Source: Allocoleopsis franciscana PCC 7113
Lineage (GTDB): Bacteria > Cyanobacteriota > Cyanobacteriia > Cyanobacteriales > Coleofasciculaceae
Reading direction: 5' to 3'
Assembly: GCF_000317515.1 (NCBI RefSeq)
Contig: NC_019738.1
Span: forward strand, 1,809,623-1,873,622
DNA: 64,000 bases
Part shown: positions 18,689-28,640 of the stretch, one piece after another
Layout: each line of letters opens with the position of its first letter
Position numbering within the stretch: the first letter of the stretch is position 1
Program-made: the position numbers and the translations under genes
Notes under the pieces: model-generated
The model's input: only the letters and a program-made list of their open reading frames with translations
Databases searched by the model: none
What the model was told of the DNA's origin: nothing

Positions 18689-21600
18689 ATGGCAATTTAT
18701 CTGGGGCGTTGGGGTTGGGGATTAGGGTTAGCAGGAGTTTTATTATGGGGTGAAGCAAACTTATTCGGAAGTCCGACTTTAGCTCAGATTACACCCGATG
18801 CTACTTTAGGAGCAGAAAGTTCTGTTGTTACACCTAACGTTAATGTTAGGGAATTTCCTGCTGATCGCATTGAGGGTGGAGCAGTTCGAGGAACTAATTT
18901 ATTCCACAGTTTTCAGGAATTCAATGTTGGGAATGGGCAGCGAGTTTACTTTGCTAATCCTACAGGAATTGAGAATATTCTGAGTCGGGTGACGGGTAAT
19001 AACCTCTCGAATATTCTGGGAACGTTGGGGGTGGATGGGGGAGCAAATCTATTTTTGCTTAATCCTAATGGCATTATCTTTGGTTCAAATGCTCAATTGG
19101 ATATTGCGGGTTCGTTTGTAGCAAGTACGGCGAACAGTGTAGTGTTTGATAATGGCTTTGAGTTTAGTGCCAATAACCCAGAATCACCGCCACTATTAAC
19201 AGTCAATGTTCCCCTTGGGGTGCAGTATGGCACCAATCAATCCAGAACCACTATTACTAATACTGGGAATTTAGCAGCAGGGCAAAATTTAACTTTAGAT
19301 GCTGGAAATCTTGATTTACAGGGTCAACTTCAGGCTGGCAATAATTTAACGTTGCAAGCACAAGATACAGTCAAAATCAGGGATAGTATCACTAATCCTT
19401 TTGTTGCTGCTGCTGGGGAGCAATTACTGGTTCAGGGTAATCAAATTGTTGATATTTTTGCGTTGAATCATCCCAATAGTGGGTTGTATTCGGGTGGGGA
19501 TATGGTGTTAAGGTCACCTGATGCTGTGATGGGTGATGCTCACTATTGGAGTGGTGGGAATTTTAGAATTGAGAAGTTGGATGGAAGTTTAGGGGATTTA
19601 GAAAGTCCTGATGACCCGATCATTCGTGCTAGTGGGGATGTTAATTTTGCCAATTATATCGGAGCTTCACTACATATTTTTGCAGGGGGTTCAGTCACTA
19701 TTAATGATGTGACGATTACAGGTGCAGACTTAACAGGAAACGCAATTGTAGAACCGAACGTGATTTTGTCAAATGGTACAACTCAGGATATCGATGGCAT
19801 TAATCAACCGACTCTTGATATCCGAGCCGGAACTACTGCATTTAATCCTATAGGAAATATAGGTGTACCTCTTCCCGCAGGACTTACTACTACTGCGACT
19901 CCAACAAGTGCCAATATTACCATAGGCAATATAGATGTAACGGTTCCTAATGGTCTTGTTTTTCTCACCAATCAGTACCAACCCAACACAACATTGCCTG
20001 GTGGAAACATTCAAGTTACAACAATCGATACTCGTAGCAATATTGATAACGGTGGGAATGTCATTATCGACTCTCGCGGTAACATTACACTCCCTGGTAA
20101 TGGTTTCATCAATACGTCTTCTTCTGCTAACAATGCTGGTAACGTCACTCTAATTGCTAATGGCTCATTTTCCTCTACAGGTGGCGATATTGGCAGCACC
20201 ATTAGCTCAAGGGTTGGGGCTAAGGGAGGTGACATCAACATTCAAGCGGAGTCACTTTTCCTATCAAACGCTTCTGTTGTGGAAAATTCTGTGAGTTCTG
20301 GCGGGATAGGAAATGCTGGCAACGTGAATATTAATGTCCGCAACAGTGTTACCCTTACTCAAACCAATTACGGAGCAAACCCCACTTTAATTTCGAGTGA
20401 AGTAGGTTCTGGGGCAGTGGGTAATGGGGGCAAGATTAATATACGAGCTGGGTCACTTTTGATCGAGGGTACAGCGGGAGTGCAAGTTCCGAGTGAGGGG
20501 CGAGGAAATGCTGGAAACGTCTTTGTGCAGGTTGATGATTCCGTATCTCTCATAGATGGCGGGATTATTTATAGTCCTGTATCAACAGGAGGTCAAGGAA
20601 ACGCTGGAACTATTCAGATTTTTGCCCCTAATTCTGTAACTATATCTGGAGTTAATCCAGATAGAGGACGGAATGGAGGCGTTTCTAGCGGCTTGTTTAC
20701 TAGTACAGCGACACGTACAAGCGGTCAAGCCGGAGGTATTACTGTCAACACAGGTGTCCTGAGAGTGCAAAATGGTGCAGTTGTGAACGCTTCAACCTCA
20801 AATTCTAGTGATGGCGGTACTGTTGGTATTAATGCCAATAGCTTAGAACTAACAGGTGGTGGACAAATTCTTGCAGTTACTCGTGGTAGTGGTAGTGCGG
20901 GTACTGTCAGCCTCAATATCGCTGATACTGTCACCATTTCTGGCAGTGACCCCAACTTTTTGAGCCGCTTAACCCGATTTGGTCGCGATGTAGTCACAAA
21001 TGAAGATGCTGCTAGTGGAATATATACCGATGCTTCTCTTGGCTCTACAGGGAACGGAGGCAACCTAGATATGCTCACAAGACAGCTAAATGTTAGTGAT
21101 GGCGGACAAATTCTCACCTCTTCCTTTGGAACAGGGAATGCTGGAGAATTATCCATCACTGCCACAGATTCTATAAATGTGGTTAACCCCAATAGCCGTA
21201 TCATTACATCTTCTTTTGGCTCTACAGGAAACGGAGGCAAGCTATCTATTAGTACAAGTCAGTTGAATGTCAGCGATGCGGCAGAAGTTGCCACTAATTC
21301 GTTTGGCGCAGGCAAAGCTGGAGACTTATCAATCACTAATGCAGATACCGTAACTGTAAGTAACCAAGGACTTTTATCTACAGGCTCACTCGGTTCAGGA
21401 AATGGCGGCACCCTATCGATAAGCACAAGACAATTAGATGTAATCAATAGCGGTCTTGATGGAGGAATTTCCACTATCGCTATAGGTACTGGAAATTCAG
21501 GAAACTTATCAATTGTCGCCACAGAATCTATGAATGTGGTGGGTGGAAGCAACGTGATTACTTCCTCTGATAAAGGTACAGGCATTGCTGGTTCTATTGA

Positions 21601-22882
21601 CATTACAACCAACAGATTAAGTATTCGGGATGGGTCTAGGGTTGTTAGCAGTACTATTGGCGCTGGTGATGCTGGTGATGTTACGATTCGGGCGACTGAT
21701 TCCGTTGAAGTTGTTAATCTTAGTAAACTTTCTTCCGATACATTTGGTAATGGCAACGCTGGTGATTTAAATATTGAAACCGGAAAGCTATCAATTCAGA
21801 ATGCAGAAGTCTCCACTGGTACTTTTGAAAATAGTACAGGTCGGGGAGGAAACTTATCTATAAATGCCTCTAATGTAGAACTCATTGGAGGTAGCATAGC
21901 GACTGCAACACGGGGTCAGGGCGAGGGCGGAGACATTCGGTTGCAGGCGAACTCCCTCAACCTTAGCAATCAGGGAACTATCACCAGCAGCAGCGAGGGC
22001 AAGGGAAATGCGGGTAATGCCGGAGATATTTTTATTAATCTCAGCGATCGCTTAACATCAAATCGTGGCATCATTGCTGCCACCTCTGCTCAAACTGGGG
22101 GTGGTGACATTAATATTACTGCTGACGATATCCGTCTTCGTGATAGCAGCGTCATCAGTAGTAGTGTCTTTGATAGCAATGGTGGCGGCGGCAATATTAC
22201 AATTAAGTCCACCATCTTCCTGGCTTTAGATGATAGCGACATTCTGGCAAATGCAGATGCTGGGCCAGGAGGCAGTATCACGATTAACTCCCCCGGATTT
22301 GTGGCTAACCTATTTGCTAGAGGTCAAGCCGTAGCGGTAGGACGTAATCCAGGTGATTTATCTCGGTTTCGGAATAACGGTCAGGTTGATATTTCGGATG
22401 ACTTTGCTAGATTTGCTGGTAACAATCGGACTGATATCTCTACCGCCTCGGTAAGTAACACTAGTGGCCCAGCCACTTTCCCCAATGTTGAGCAGATACG
22501 GGCTGTAGCTTCATTACCGTCTGATTTGGTCGATCCAGAAGACTTAATTGACCGCCGATGTGCTCCGAGTAGCAGTACCAAGACAAGCCGCTTTACGATT
22601 ACAGGACGTGGTGGTTTGCCCCCCAATCCTAATGACCCCTTAATGTATCAAGACGAGTTGGTTGATTGGGTTACCCTTGAAAACCCGGAAGAAACTTCTA
22701 GTAGCAAAGCTTCTAATACTAATTCCACTCCTTCTCATCCCCAGCAACTTGTGGAAGCACAAGGCTGGGTGATTGGTGAAGATGGTAAGGTAATGCTGAC
22801 GGCTTCTGCATCCACCGCCACGCCGGGGAATTCTGGGTTAGGATACCCGTCTTGTGAGGAGAACCAAGCGACTACCGATTAA
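18689..22882 (+). CDS. filamentous-hemagglutinin-type exoprotein (TpsA-like), N-terminal TPS secretion domain plus long beta-helical repeats
   Basis: Signal peptide, then TPS domain (NLFHSFQEFNVGNGQRVYFANPTGIENILSRVTGNNLSNILGTLGVDGGANLFLLNPNGIIFG). About 1000 aa of Gly/Asn/Ser-rich beta-helix repeats (GNAGN...). No TpsB gene in the window. Confidence 0.85.
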   Translation: MAIYLGRWGWGLGLAGVLLWGEANLFGSPTLAQITPDATLGAESSVVTPNVNVREFPADRIEGGAVRGTNLFHSFQEFNVGNGQRVYFANPTGIENILSRVTGNNLSNILGTLGVDGGANLFLLNPNGIIFGSNAQLDIAGSFVASTANSVVFDNGFEFSANNPESPPLLTVNVPLGVQYGTNQSRTTITNTGNLAAGQNLTLDAGNLDLQGQLQAGNNLTLQAQDTVKIRDSITNPFVAAAGEQLLVQGNQIVDIFALNHPNSGLYSGGDMVLRSPDAVMGDAHYWSGGNFRIEKLDGSLGDLESPDDPIIRASGDVNFANYIGASLHIFAGGSVTINDVTITGADLTGNAIVEPNVILSNGTTQDIDGINQPTLDIRAGTTAFNPIGNIGVPLPAGLTTTATPTSANITIGNIDVTVPNGLVFLTNQYQPNTTLPGGNIQVTTIDTRSNIDNGGNVIIDSRGNITLPGNGFINTSSSANNAGNVTLIANGSFSSTGGDIGSTISSRVGAKGGDINIQAESLFLSNASVVENSVSSGGIGNAGNVNINVRNSVTLTQTNYGANPTLISSEVGSGAVGNGGKINIRAGSLLIEGTAGVQVPSEGRGNAGNVFVQVDDSVSLIDGGIIYSPVSTGGQGNAGTIQIFAPNSVTISGVNPDRGRNGGVSSGLFTSTATRTSGQAGGITVNTGVLRVQNGAVVNASTSNSSDGGTVGINANSLELTGGGQILAVTRGSGSAGTVSLNIADTVTISGSDPNFLSRLTRFGRDVVTNEDAASGIYTDASLGSTGNGGNLDMLTRQLNVSDGGQILTSSFGTGNAGELSITATDSINVVNPNSRIITSSFGSTGNGGKLSISTSQLNVSDAAEVATNSFGAGKAGDLSITNADTVTVSNQGLLSTGSLGSGNGGTLSISTRQLDVINSGLDGGISTIAIGTGNSGNLSIVATESMNVVGGSNVITSSDKGTGIAGSIDITTNRLSIRDGSRVVSSTIGAGDAGDVTIRATDSVEVVNLSKLSSDTFGNGNAGDLNIETGKLSIQNAEVSTGTFENSTGRGGNLSINASNVELIGGSIATATRGQGEGGDIRLQANSLNLSNQGTITSSSEGKGNAGNAGDIFINLSDRLTSNRGIIAATSAQTGGGDINITADDIRLRDSSVISSSVFDSNGGGGNITIKSTIFLALDDSDILANADAGPGGSITINSPGFVANLFARGQAVAVGRNPGDLSRFRNNGQVDISDDFARFAGNNRTDISTASVSNTSGPATFPNVEQIRAVASLPSDLVDPEDLIDRRCAPSSSTKTSRFTITGRGGLPPNPNDPLMYQDELVDWVTLENPEETSSSKASNTNSTPSHPQQLVEAQGWVIGEDGKVMLTASASTATPGNSGLGYPSCEENQATTD

Positions 22883-24252
22883 CCAATAATTCGCTTGAGC
22901 AGAGACAGCTTACCTTTGTAAGGGGGATACCGCCAATTTTGATCGAACCAAAGCCCTTTCTTTAACACACTTTTGTAATGAGAAAAGGTATCAAAACTGG
23001 CTTTCCCGTGATAACTACCGATGCCGCTATCCCCAACACCCCCGAATGGCAGGGTTGAGATGCCGACGTGCATCACGGTGTCGTTGATACAAACGCCGCC
23101 AGAGGAAGTTTCCTGCAACACTTGCTGCTGCTTTTGTTTGTCTTTGGAGAAGATATAGAGGGCTAAGGGCTTTGGTTGAGCATTAATTTGTGCGATCGCC
23201 TCCTTCAAGTCTGTATACTCAATCACAGGTAGAATGGGGCCAAAAATTTCTTCTTGCATCACGGGCGAGTCCCAGGAAACCCCATCAATCAACGTTGGAG
23301 CGATATACTTTTCCTCTGGCTTGGTTTGTCCGCCCATGACGATTTCCCCATCCTTTAATAGGGGTGCAAGTCGCTCAAAATGTCTGTGGCTAATCAGCCG
23401 ACCGTAGTCGGGGCTTTGAGACGGGTCATCTCCATAAAACTCTGCTGCACATTTTTGAATTTCTGTCAATAGGTCGGATTTGATCCGGCGATCCACTAAC
23501 AGATAGTCTGGAGCAATACAGGTTTGACCCGCATTCAGGTATTTGCCCCAAGTGATGCGTTTTGCCGCATGTTTGAGGTCAACATCCGCATCCACAATAC
23601 AAGGACTTTTCCCCCCTAATTCCAAGGTTACAGGGGTAAGATGTTTCGCCGCTGCCTGCATCACAATTTTGCCGATCGCCGTCCCACCCGTGAAAAAGAT
23701 ATGATCGAATTTCTCCTCTAAAAGTTGTTGACTGGTCTCAACGCCACCTTCCACAACGGCAATATAAGCTGGGTCAAAGGTATTTTGGATCAGATCAGCA
23801 ATCACTTTAGAGGTATTGGCCGCCATCTCAGAGGGCTTGAGGACAGCACAGTTCCCAGCGGCAATGGCTCCGGTTAAAGGAGAAATCATCAACTGGAATG
23901 GGTAATTCCAAGGGGAGATAATCAGAACCACACCCAAGGGTTCGGGATAAACTTGAGCAGAGGCAGGAAATTGCTCGATGCCAGTCGAGACTTTCTTGGG
24001 TTTAGCCCACGATTTAACATGTTTGATGGCATAGTTAATTTCTGCGATCGTGGTAATCTCAAAATACGCTTCAAAATCCGGTCGCCCCAAGTCAGCTTTG
24101 ACGGCCTTGACGATTGCTTCTTGATAATCAATGACCGCTTGTTTGAGACGTTTGAGCTGTTCGATGCGCCATGCCACATCCTTCGTTTTGCCCGTAGCAA
24201 AAAATTCGCGTTGCTGGCGGATGATGTCTTTTACTGGGACTTGAGTCAGCAT
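22879..24252 (-). CDS. NAD(P)-dependent aldehyde dehydrogenase (ALDH3-like)
   Basis: 457 aa. ELGGKSPCIVD and catalytic Cys in GQTCIAPDY. FTGGTAIGKIVM. Confidence 0.9.
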   Translation of the reverse strand: MLTQVPVKDIIRQQREFFATGKTKDVAWRIEQLKRLKQAVIDYQEAIVKAVKADLGRPDFEAYFEITTIAEINYAIKHVKSWAKPKKVSTGIEQFPASAQVYPEPLGVVLIISPWNYPFQLMISPLTGAIAAGNCAVLKPSEMAANTSKVIADLIQNTFDPAYIAVVEGGVETSQQLLEEKFDHIFFTGGTAIGKIVMQAAAKHLTPVTLELGGKSPCIVDADVDLKHAAKRITWGKYLNAGQTCIAPDYLLVDRRIKSDLLTEIQKCAAEFYGDDPSQSPDYGRLISHRHFERLAPLLKDGEIVMGGQTKPEEKYIAPTLIDGVSWDSPVMQEEIFGPILPVIEYTDLKEAIAQINAQPKPLALYIFSKDKQKQQQVLQETSSGGVCINDTVMHVGISTLPFGGVGDSGIGSYHGKASFDTFSHYKSVLKKGLWFDQNWRYPPYKGKLSLLKRIIG

Positions 24253-24353
24253 TTTCCTGTCCTTGAATGCCTCAATCGTAATGTAGCAGAACCTCTGAAG
24301 GGTTGACTTTTGATATTCTTAATTCAAAGCGTACACTTCATTCCTGATCACTC

Positions 24354-24935
24354 TTGAAACGCATTATTGGCCTGACCGGTGGCATTAGCACTGGGAAAAC
24401 AACTATCTCTAATTACCTGGCACAGCGCTATCAGCTTCCCGTTTTAGATGCAGATATCTATGCCAGGGAAGCAGTACAACCGGGTTCCCCCATCCTCAGC
24501 GAAATTTTTCAACGCTACGGTGTTGCTGTCAAGTTACCCGATGGCACGCTCAACCGCAAAGGGTTGGGTGAGATAATTTTTAATCACCCCGATGAAAAGC
24601 AGTGGTTAGAGCAACAGATTCATCCTTATGTGCGCGATCGCATCCAATCAGAACTCGATAGTTTAATCGCTCCCACGGTTGTTTTAGTCATACCGTTATT
24701 ATTTGAAGCCGAGATGACTGACTTGGTCACTGAAATTTGGGTGGTTAGCTGTTCCCCTGAACAACAGTTACAACGGATAATGGAACGCGATCGCGTCTCT
24801 GTCGAACAAGCTCAAGCCCGGATCAATAACCAACTTCCCATAGAAGAAAAAATGGCTCATGCTGATGTTGTATTCGATAATTCCTCTACCCTAGAAGCTC
24901 TGCTTAAACAGGTCGATAAACTAGGATTCCTATGA
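24354..24935 (+). CDS. coaE: dephospho-CoA kinase
   Basis: IGLTGGISTGKTT P-loop at N-terminus, 193 aa, typical CoaE layout. TTG start inferred. Confidence 0.85.
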   Translation: MKRIIGLTGGISTGKTTISNYLAQRYQLPVLDADIYAREAVQPGSPILSEIFQRYGVAVKLPDGTLNRKGLGEIIFNHPDEKQWLEQQIHPYVRDRIQSELDSLIAPTVVLVIPLLFEAEMTDLVTEIWVVSCSPEQQLQRIMERDRVSVEQAQARINNQLPIEEKMAHADVVFDNSSTLEALLKQVDKLGFL

Positions 24936-25075
24936 CTAGTGCAAGAAGGCAGTTCGCGTAGCGTTCTCCGTAGGAGTAGTCAGGAGGCTCCAAGGCAGAA
25001 GGAAGAGGGTTTTAGGCTCTTAACATTTGTTGACATACCTGCGTTTATTTGTATCTACCTACTTAGCCATTCAAC

Positions 25076-25657
25076 TCAAACGTTTGAAAAATCAATATTT
25101 TCGTAAAGTTCTGCAATTTGAATTTGCAACTCAAAGGTACTAAAAGAAAGGGTAACCGTTGGGTCGTCGTATTCTGAAAATAGCCACTGATGAGCGGCTG
25201 TTTTGACATGATGCTCAACGTGTGTACGGTATTGATCAATCAGTAAATATTCTTGGAAGGTGGGAATTGTGCGATAGGCAACAAATTTCTCGCCGCGATC
25301 GTAGTTTTGGGTGGACTTAGACAACACTTCAGTGATAAAGCAAGGGTTTAGGACAGTATCTTTGCGTCCGGTTTGAAGTTCTAAGGGTTTGGGCAGAACC
25401 ATCACATCGGGATAGGTATATAGGCTTACACTGGGAACCCAAAGTCGTTGATCGGCATAGAAAGTCCGGTAGTCTTTCCCTTTTAGGGCAGATTTAAGCA
25501 AAATATACAAATTCCCAGCAATATCGTTGTGGTTGGGTGTTCCACCAGTCATTGGAATGATTTCTCCATTGCAATATTCGCTGCGTATTTCTGAGGCGAT
25601 TTCAAGTTCTAAATACTCATCTATGGTGTACTGTTTGGTCTCAGGTTGAGCAATCAT
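25076..25657 (-). CDS. Uma2 family (DUF820) endonuclease-like protein
   Basis: 193 aa. YTIDEYLELE...YCNGEIIPMTGGTPNHNDIAGNLYILL...FITEVLSKST... typical Uma2 architecture. Confidence 0.85.
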   Translation of the reverse strand: MIAQPETKQYTIDEYLELEIASEIRSEYCNGEIIPMTGGTPNHNDIAGNLYILLKSALKGKDYRTFYADQRLWVPSVSLYTYPDVMVLPKPLELQTGRKDTVLNPCFITEVLSKSTQNYDRGEKFVAYRTIPTFQEYLLIDQYRTHVEHHVKTAAHQWLFSEYDDPTVTLSFSTFELQIQIAELYENIDFSNV

Positions 25658-25663
25658 GTTAGT

Positions 25664-25760
25664 TCTACCTCCAAGGCTTTAAGTTGTTGGTTTATCCAAG
25701 TTGTGGCTGTTGTTTCATCAGTCTCTATCGCCCGTTCTACTCCTATTTTTGCAATTTTCT
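25664..25760. repeat. partial duplicate of 25930-26030 (3' end of the downstream small gene) inserted immediately upstream of the Uma2 start
   Basis: ggctttaagttgttggtttatccaagttgtggctgttgtttcatcagtctctatcgcccgttctactcct vs gctttaagctgttgatttatccaattggttgccgtcgcttcatcagcctcgatcgcttgttctactcct. On the minus strand the copy would encode ...WINQQLKALEVELT running into the Uma2 ATG. Confidence 0.6.
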
Positions 25761-25909
25761 CAGGAGGCTAACAATGCACTCACAGTTTCCAGCTTGTCTG
25801 GCGATCGCACTGTCTCTATTACAAAGTTCGGCTCGATGCTTATTTCATGACTCGCTAAAACCTCCATTTTTAATTGAGCATGATCGCTAAAGCGAATTTC
25901 TTTTATCTC

Positions 25910-26155
25910 TTATTTCAACACCTCAATTTCTATATTTAATGCTTTAAGCTGTTGATTTATCCAATTGGTTGCCGTCGCTTCATCAGCCTCGATCGCTTGT
26001 TCTACTCCTGTTTTAGCAATTTCTAGCAGTTGTTTCGATTGCTCCCGTGCTTTACGAGATGCCCTGACCTTTTCTGTAATTTTCTGGCGAGTAGATTCTT
26101 GCGGTAGCGAGATCGGAATGTTTAACAAATCCTCAGTGGAAATTGCCGAATACAT
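25910..26155 (-). CDS. small protein resembling the conserved C-terminal region of type I R-M specificity (HsdS) subunits, possible remnant
   Basis: 81 aa. NIPISLPQESTRQKITEKV resembles the HsdS inter-TRD conserved segment (PIPLPPLEEQKRIV.K.), followed by a coiled-coil tail. Assignment tentative. Confidence 0.35.
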   Translation of the reverse strand: MYSAISTEDLLNIPISLPQESTRQKITEKVRASRKAREQSKQLLEIAKTGVEQAIEADEATATNWINQQLKALNIEIEVLK

Positions 26156-26235
26156 ACTGGCAGTCGTATGAAGATCAAGGATTTCGCAGACAATGGGCGA
26201 TCGCTTATTGAGGAGCCTTATCTAATTCGATTAGT

Positions 26236-27480
26236 CTAAAGTCCAGAATCTTTAATCACTTCAACTAACTGGTCAATTTCTTCCCGTAGAGTGAAGTAGT
26301 GAACACAGGCGCGGACACAGTTTGGGTCGAGAATGGTTCGGAGCATGAACCCCTTTTGTTCGAGAAATTGTACTAATTTTTGGTGAGAACGTCCGTTCGT
26401 CAATACAAACGAAACCAGACCCGCTTGTGGCGGTGAGATACATAGGCAACGAACAGATTCTAACTCAGATAAACGTTGCCAAAGATACTCACTACCTTGA
26501 CAAATTTGCTCATACCGTTCTTGAGCGGTTCCCCATTGCTGATGAGTGGCGATCGCAGCACGCAATCCTGCATACAACGGGTAAGCTGATGTTGCCACTT
26601 CAAACCTCTGTCCATTCAGTTTCCAGCCTAAGGGTTTACCGGTTTCATCACTCACAATTCCCCGCCAACCGATGAAGGTTGGGCGAATACTGTCGAAGGC
26701 ATCGGGTCGGATGTAAAGACCACCCAAACCTTCAGGCCCACACCACCACTTGTGACCTGTAAAGGCATAAAAGTCTGCCCCCAATTCAGTTAAGTTTAAA
26801 GGCAGAGAACCCACTGACTGCGCCGCATCGACCAAAACTCGGATGATATGAGAACCTGTAGAATAATTTCGGCAGGCATCAACAATCTCCCTAACGGGTA
26901 ACACTTGACCCGTATTCCACAAAAGATGACTCAGCACAACCAAGCGAGTCCGGGGTCTTAGATGTTGTGCAATAACGGTTGTGGGGTCTCCCTGATTGAG
27001 GGTTTCCAGGATGGGACAGGTGGAGACTTCGATATTAAACCGACGAGCGAGTTCTTGGGCGATCGCGATAACACCAGGATGTTCACAATCCGTCAGCAGT
27101 AAGTGGTCGCCCGCTTGCCAATCAATCCCCCACATAGGGATATTGCAACCCACAGTCACATCTTCGGTGAGTGTAATCGATTCTACAGGTGCGCCTAATT
27201 CTGATGCGATCGCCAATCGGGTTTTGTTGCTTTCTTCCGTAATCCAGGTATTCACGCCAGCACAGAATGGCCCATGTAGCTGGATATATTCATAAACCTT
27301 TTGGATAGCGGCTAGCGAGGCTTGGGGCAGTGTGCCTTGACCCCCAAAGTTAAAATAGGCTTTATTGGCTAAAGCCGGAAATTGCTGTCGATGGTGTTCA
27401 AGTTGCGTTGGCGCAGGGTAGATGCCAGTCATAGAACCAGTGCGAAAGAACAAGACATCCCATTTTATCGCTCTGGTCAT
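26236..27480 (-). CDS. class V aminotransferase-fold PLP-dependent enzyme (cysteine desulfurase/epimerase-like)
   Basis: 414 aa. PLP-lysine context FTGHKWWCGPEGLGGLYIR. Overall class-V fold pattern (DAAQSVG). Confidence 0.8.
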   Translation of the reverse strand: MTRAIKWDVLFFRTGSMTGIYPAPTQLEHHRQQFPALANKAYFNFGGQGTLPQASLAAIQKVYEYIQLHGPFCAGVNTWITEESNKTRLAIASELGAPVESITLTEDVTVGCNIPMWGIDWQAGDHLLLTDCEHPGVIAIAQELARRFNIEVSTCPILETLNQGDPTTVIAQHLRPRTRLVVLSHLLWNTGQVLPVREIVDACRNYSTGSHIIRVLVDAAQSVGSLPLNLTELGADFYAFTGHKWWCGPEGLGGLYIRPDAFDSIRPTFIGWRGIVSDETGKPLGWKLNGQRFEVATSAYPLYAGLRAAIATHQQWGTAQERYEQICQGSEYLWQRLSELESVRCLCISPPQAGLVSFVLTNGRSHQKLVQFLEQKGFMLRTILDPNCVRACVHYFTLREEIDQLVEVIKDSGL

Positions 27481-27655
27481 GGGTCATACTAAATCCTAGT
27501 TTACTACCCCTTGTTTGGTGGAGACAAGGCAGAAGGCAAATCGCCTGAGCTGACACTCCAGGGAGATTCGGTTATCGTAGAAGTTACGTAAAAAATTTGT
27601 GTTTTTTTATGTGTTAGTCTGTGTAAGACATCAGTGTAGTACTGGGCATTGCCGC

Positions 27656-27705
27656 CACAGTGTATCTCCACAAGGCTTACACATTAAGTGCATCTCTACA
27701 TCAGG
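27656..27705. promoter_or_regulatory. bipartite conserved motif (AGTGYATCTCCACAAG-RCTTACA pair), shared with 34047-34092
   Basis: cacagtgtatctccacaaggcttacacattaagtgcatctctacatcagg here vs gcatctgcatcagacttacagtgtgagtgcatctccacaagactca at 34047-34092. Both lie in long intergenic regions upstream of signalling genes. Confidence 0.4.
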
Positions 27706-28185
27706 ATTTGCGACGCGATTAGGGTGCAACTCCCTAGTTCCGATAAAAGTGTTCAGTAGCGGTCTCTGCCAAAAACACAGTTTCTGCGCTCAGGCAGTGG
27801 GGATGAGCCTGAAAGATTAAACCTTTTCTTACAGGTGAATGAGTCAACTCCTGTCAACCTATGGGCAAAAATTCCTGCGGTCGATATTAACCTTCGTTGG
27901 AATCTTCGTTGGAATAGGGGGTAGACGTTTCCTCACGTTTGATAATTCTTTCAATGCCGCTGTGCGCCTGCCACTTCTGACTCTGTATCTGGCATCGCCC
28001 TAAAAATTACGGAAGCCTTACTCATTTAGTAGTAATGAACTGATGACGTGTTCACTTAATCAAGCTTTCCCATGGGTCAAACAATGCTCATCCGCTTAAA
28101 TGAGACCATCAGCTCTCCCATGGTGCTGCTTCTGAGCAGCTTACCAAACTTTTATTATGCAGGAATTGTGTGAGGATAACCAGAC

Positions 28186-28548
28186 ATGAGTAAAGTATTG
28201 CTAGTTGAAGATAATCCCGCTCAGTCGGAGTTGATGGAGAGTTACCTGCGAGAGGGGGGACACACGGTCATTCGTCTCAACAATGCTAAAGAAGCCCTGA
28301 ATAAGGCGATTGAACATAAACCCGATGTGATTGTTACCGATGTGGTGATGCCCGGAATGAGCGGTTTTGAGTTATGTCGCCGCATCAAAAATAACCCATT
28401 GACCACCAAAATTCCTATTGTAATTTGTTCTTCCAAAGACCAAGAAATCGACCGTTTGTGGGGCATGAAGCAAGGAGCCGATGCCTACTTAACGAAGCCT
28501 TTCTCTAGAGAGCAGCTTGTTCGTGCTGTCAACTTAGCTGTAGTTTGA
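28186..28548 (+). CDS. single-domain response regulator (CheY-like receiver)
   Basis: 120 aa. LLVEDNP...DVIVTDVVMPGMSGFELCRRIK...KIPIVICSSK. Phospho-acceptor Asp in VTDVVMP. Confidence 0.9.
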   Translation: MSKVLLVEDNPAQSELMESYLREGGHTVIRLNNAKEALNKAIEHKPDVIVTDVVMPGMSGFELCRRIKNNPLTTKIPIVICSSKDQEIDRLWGMKQGADAYLTKPFSREQLVRAVNLAVV

Positions 28549-28640
28549 GCAAGGACAATTTAACACTCAGCTCTTAATTACGCTGACGTATTGAGCGGGT
28601 TGGGTAAAGTATCCCAACCCGCTATTCTCTGTTCCCTAAG

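Noticed and set aside
19769-22626. Multiple 60-170-aa minus-strand ORFs inside the hemagglutinin gene
   Set aside because: Antisense to Gly/Asn/Ser-rich beta-helix repeat codons. No independent start signals. The sense ORF is continuous for 1397 aa.
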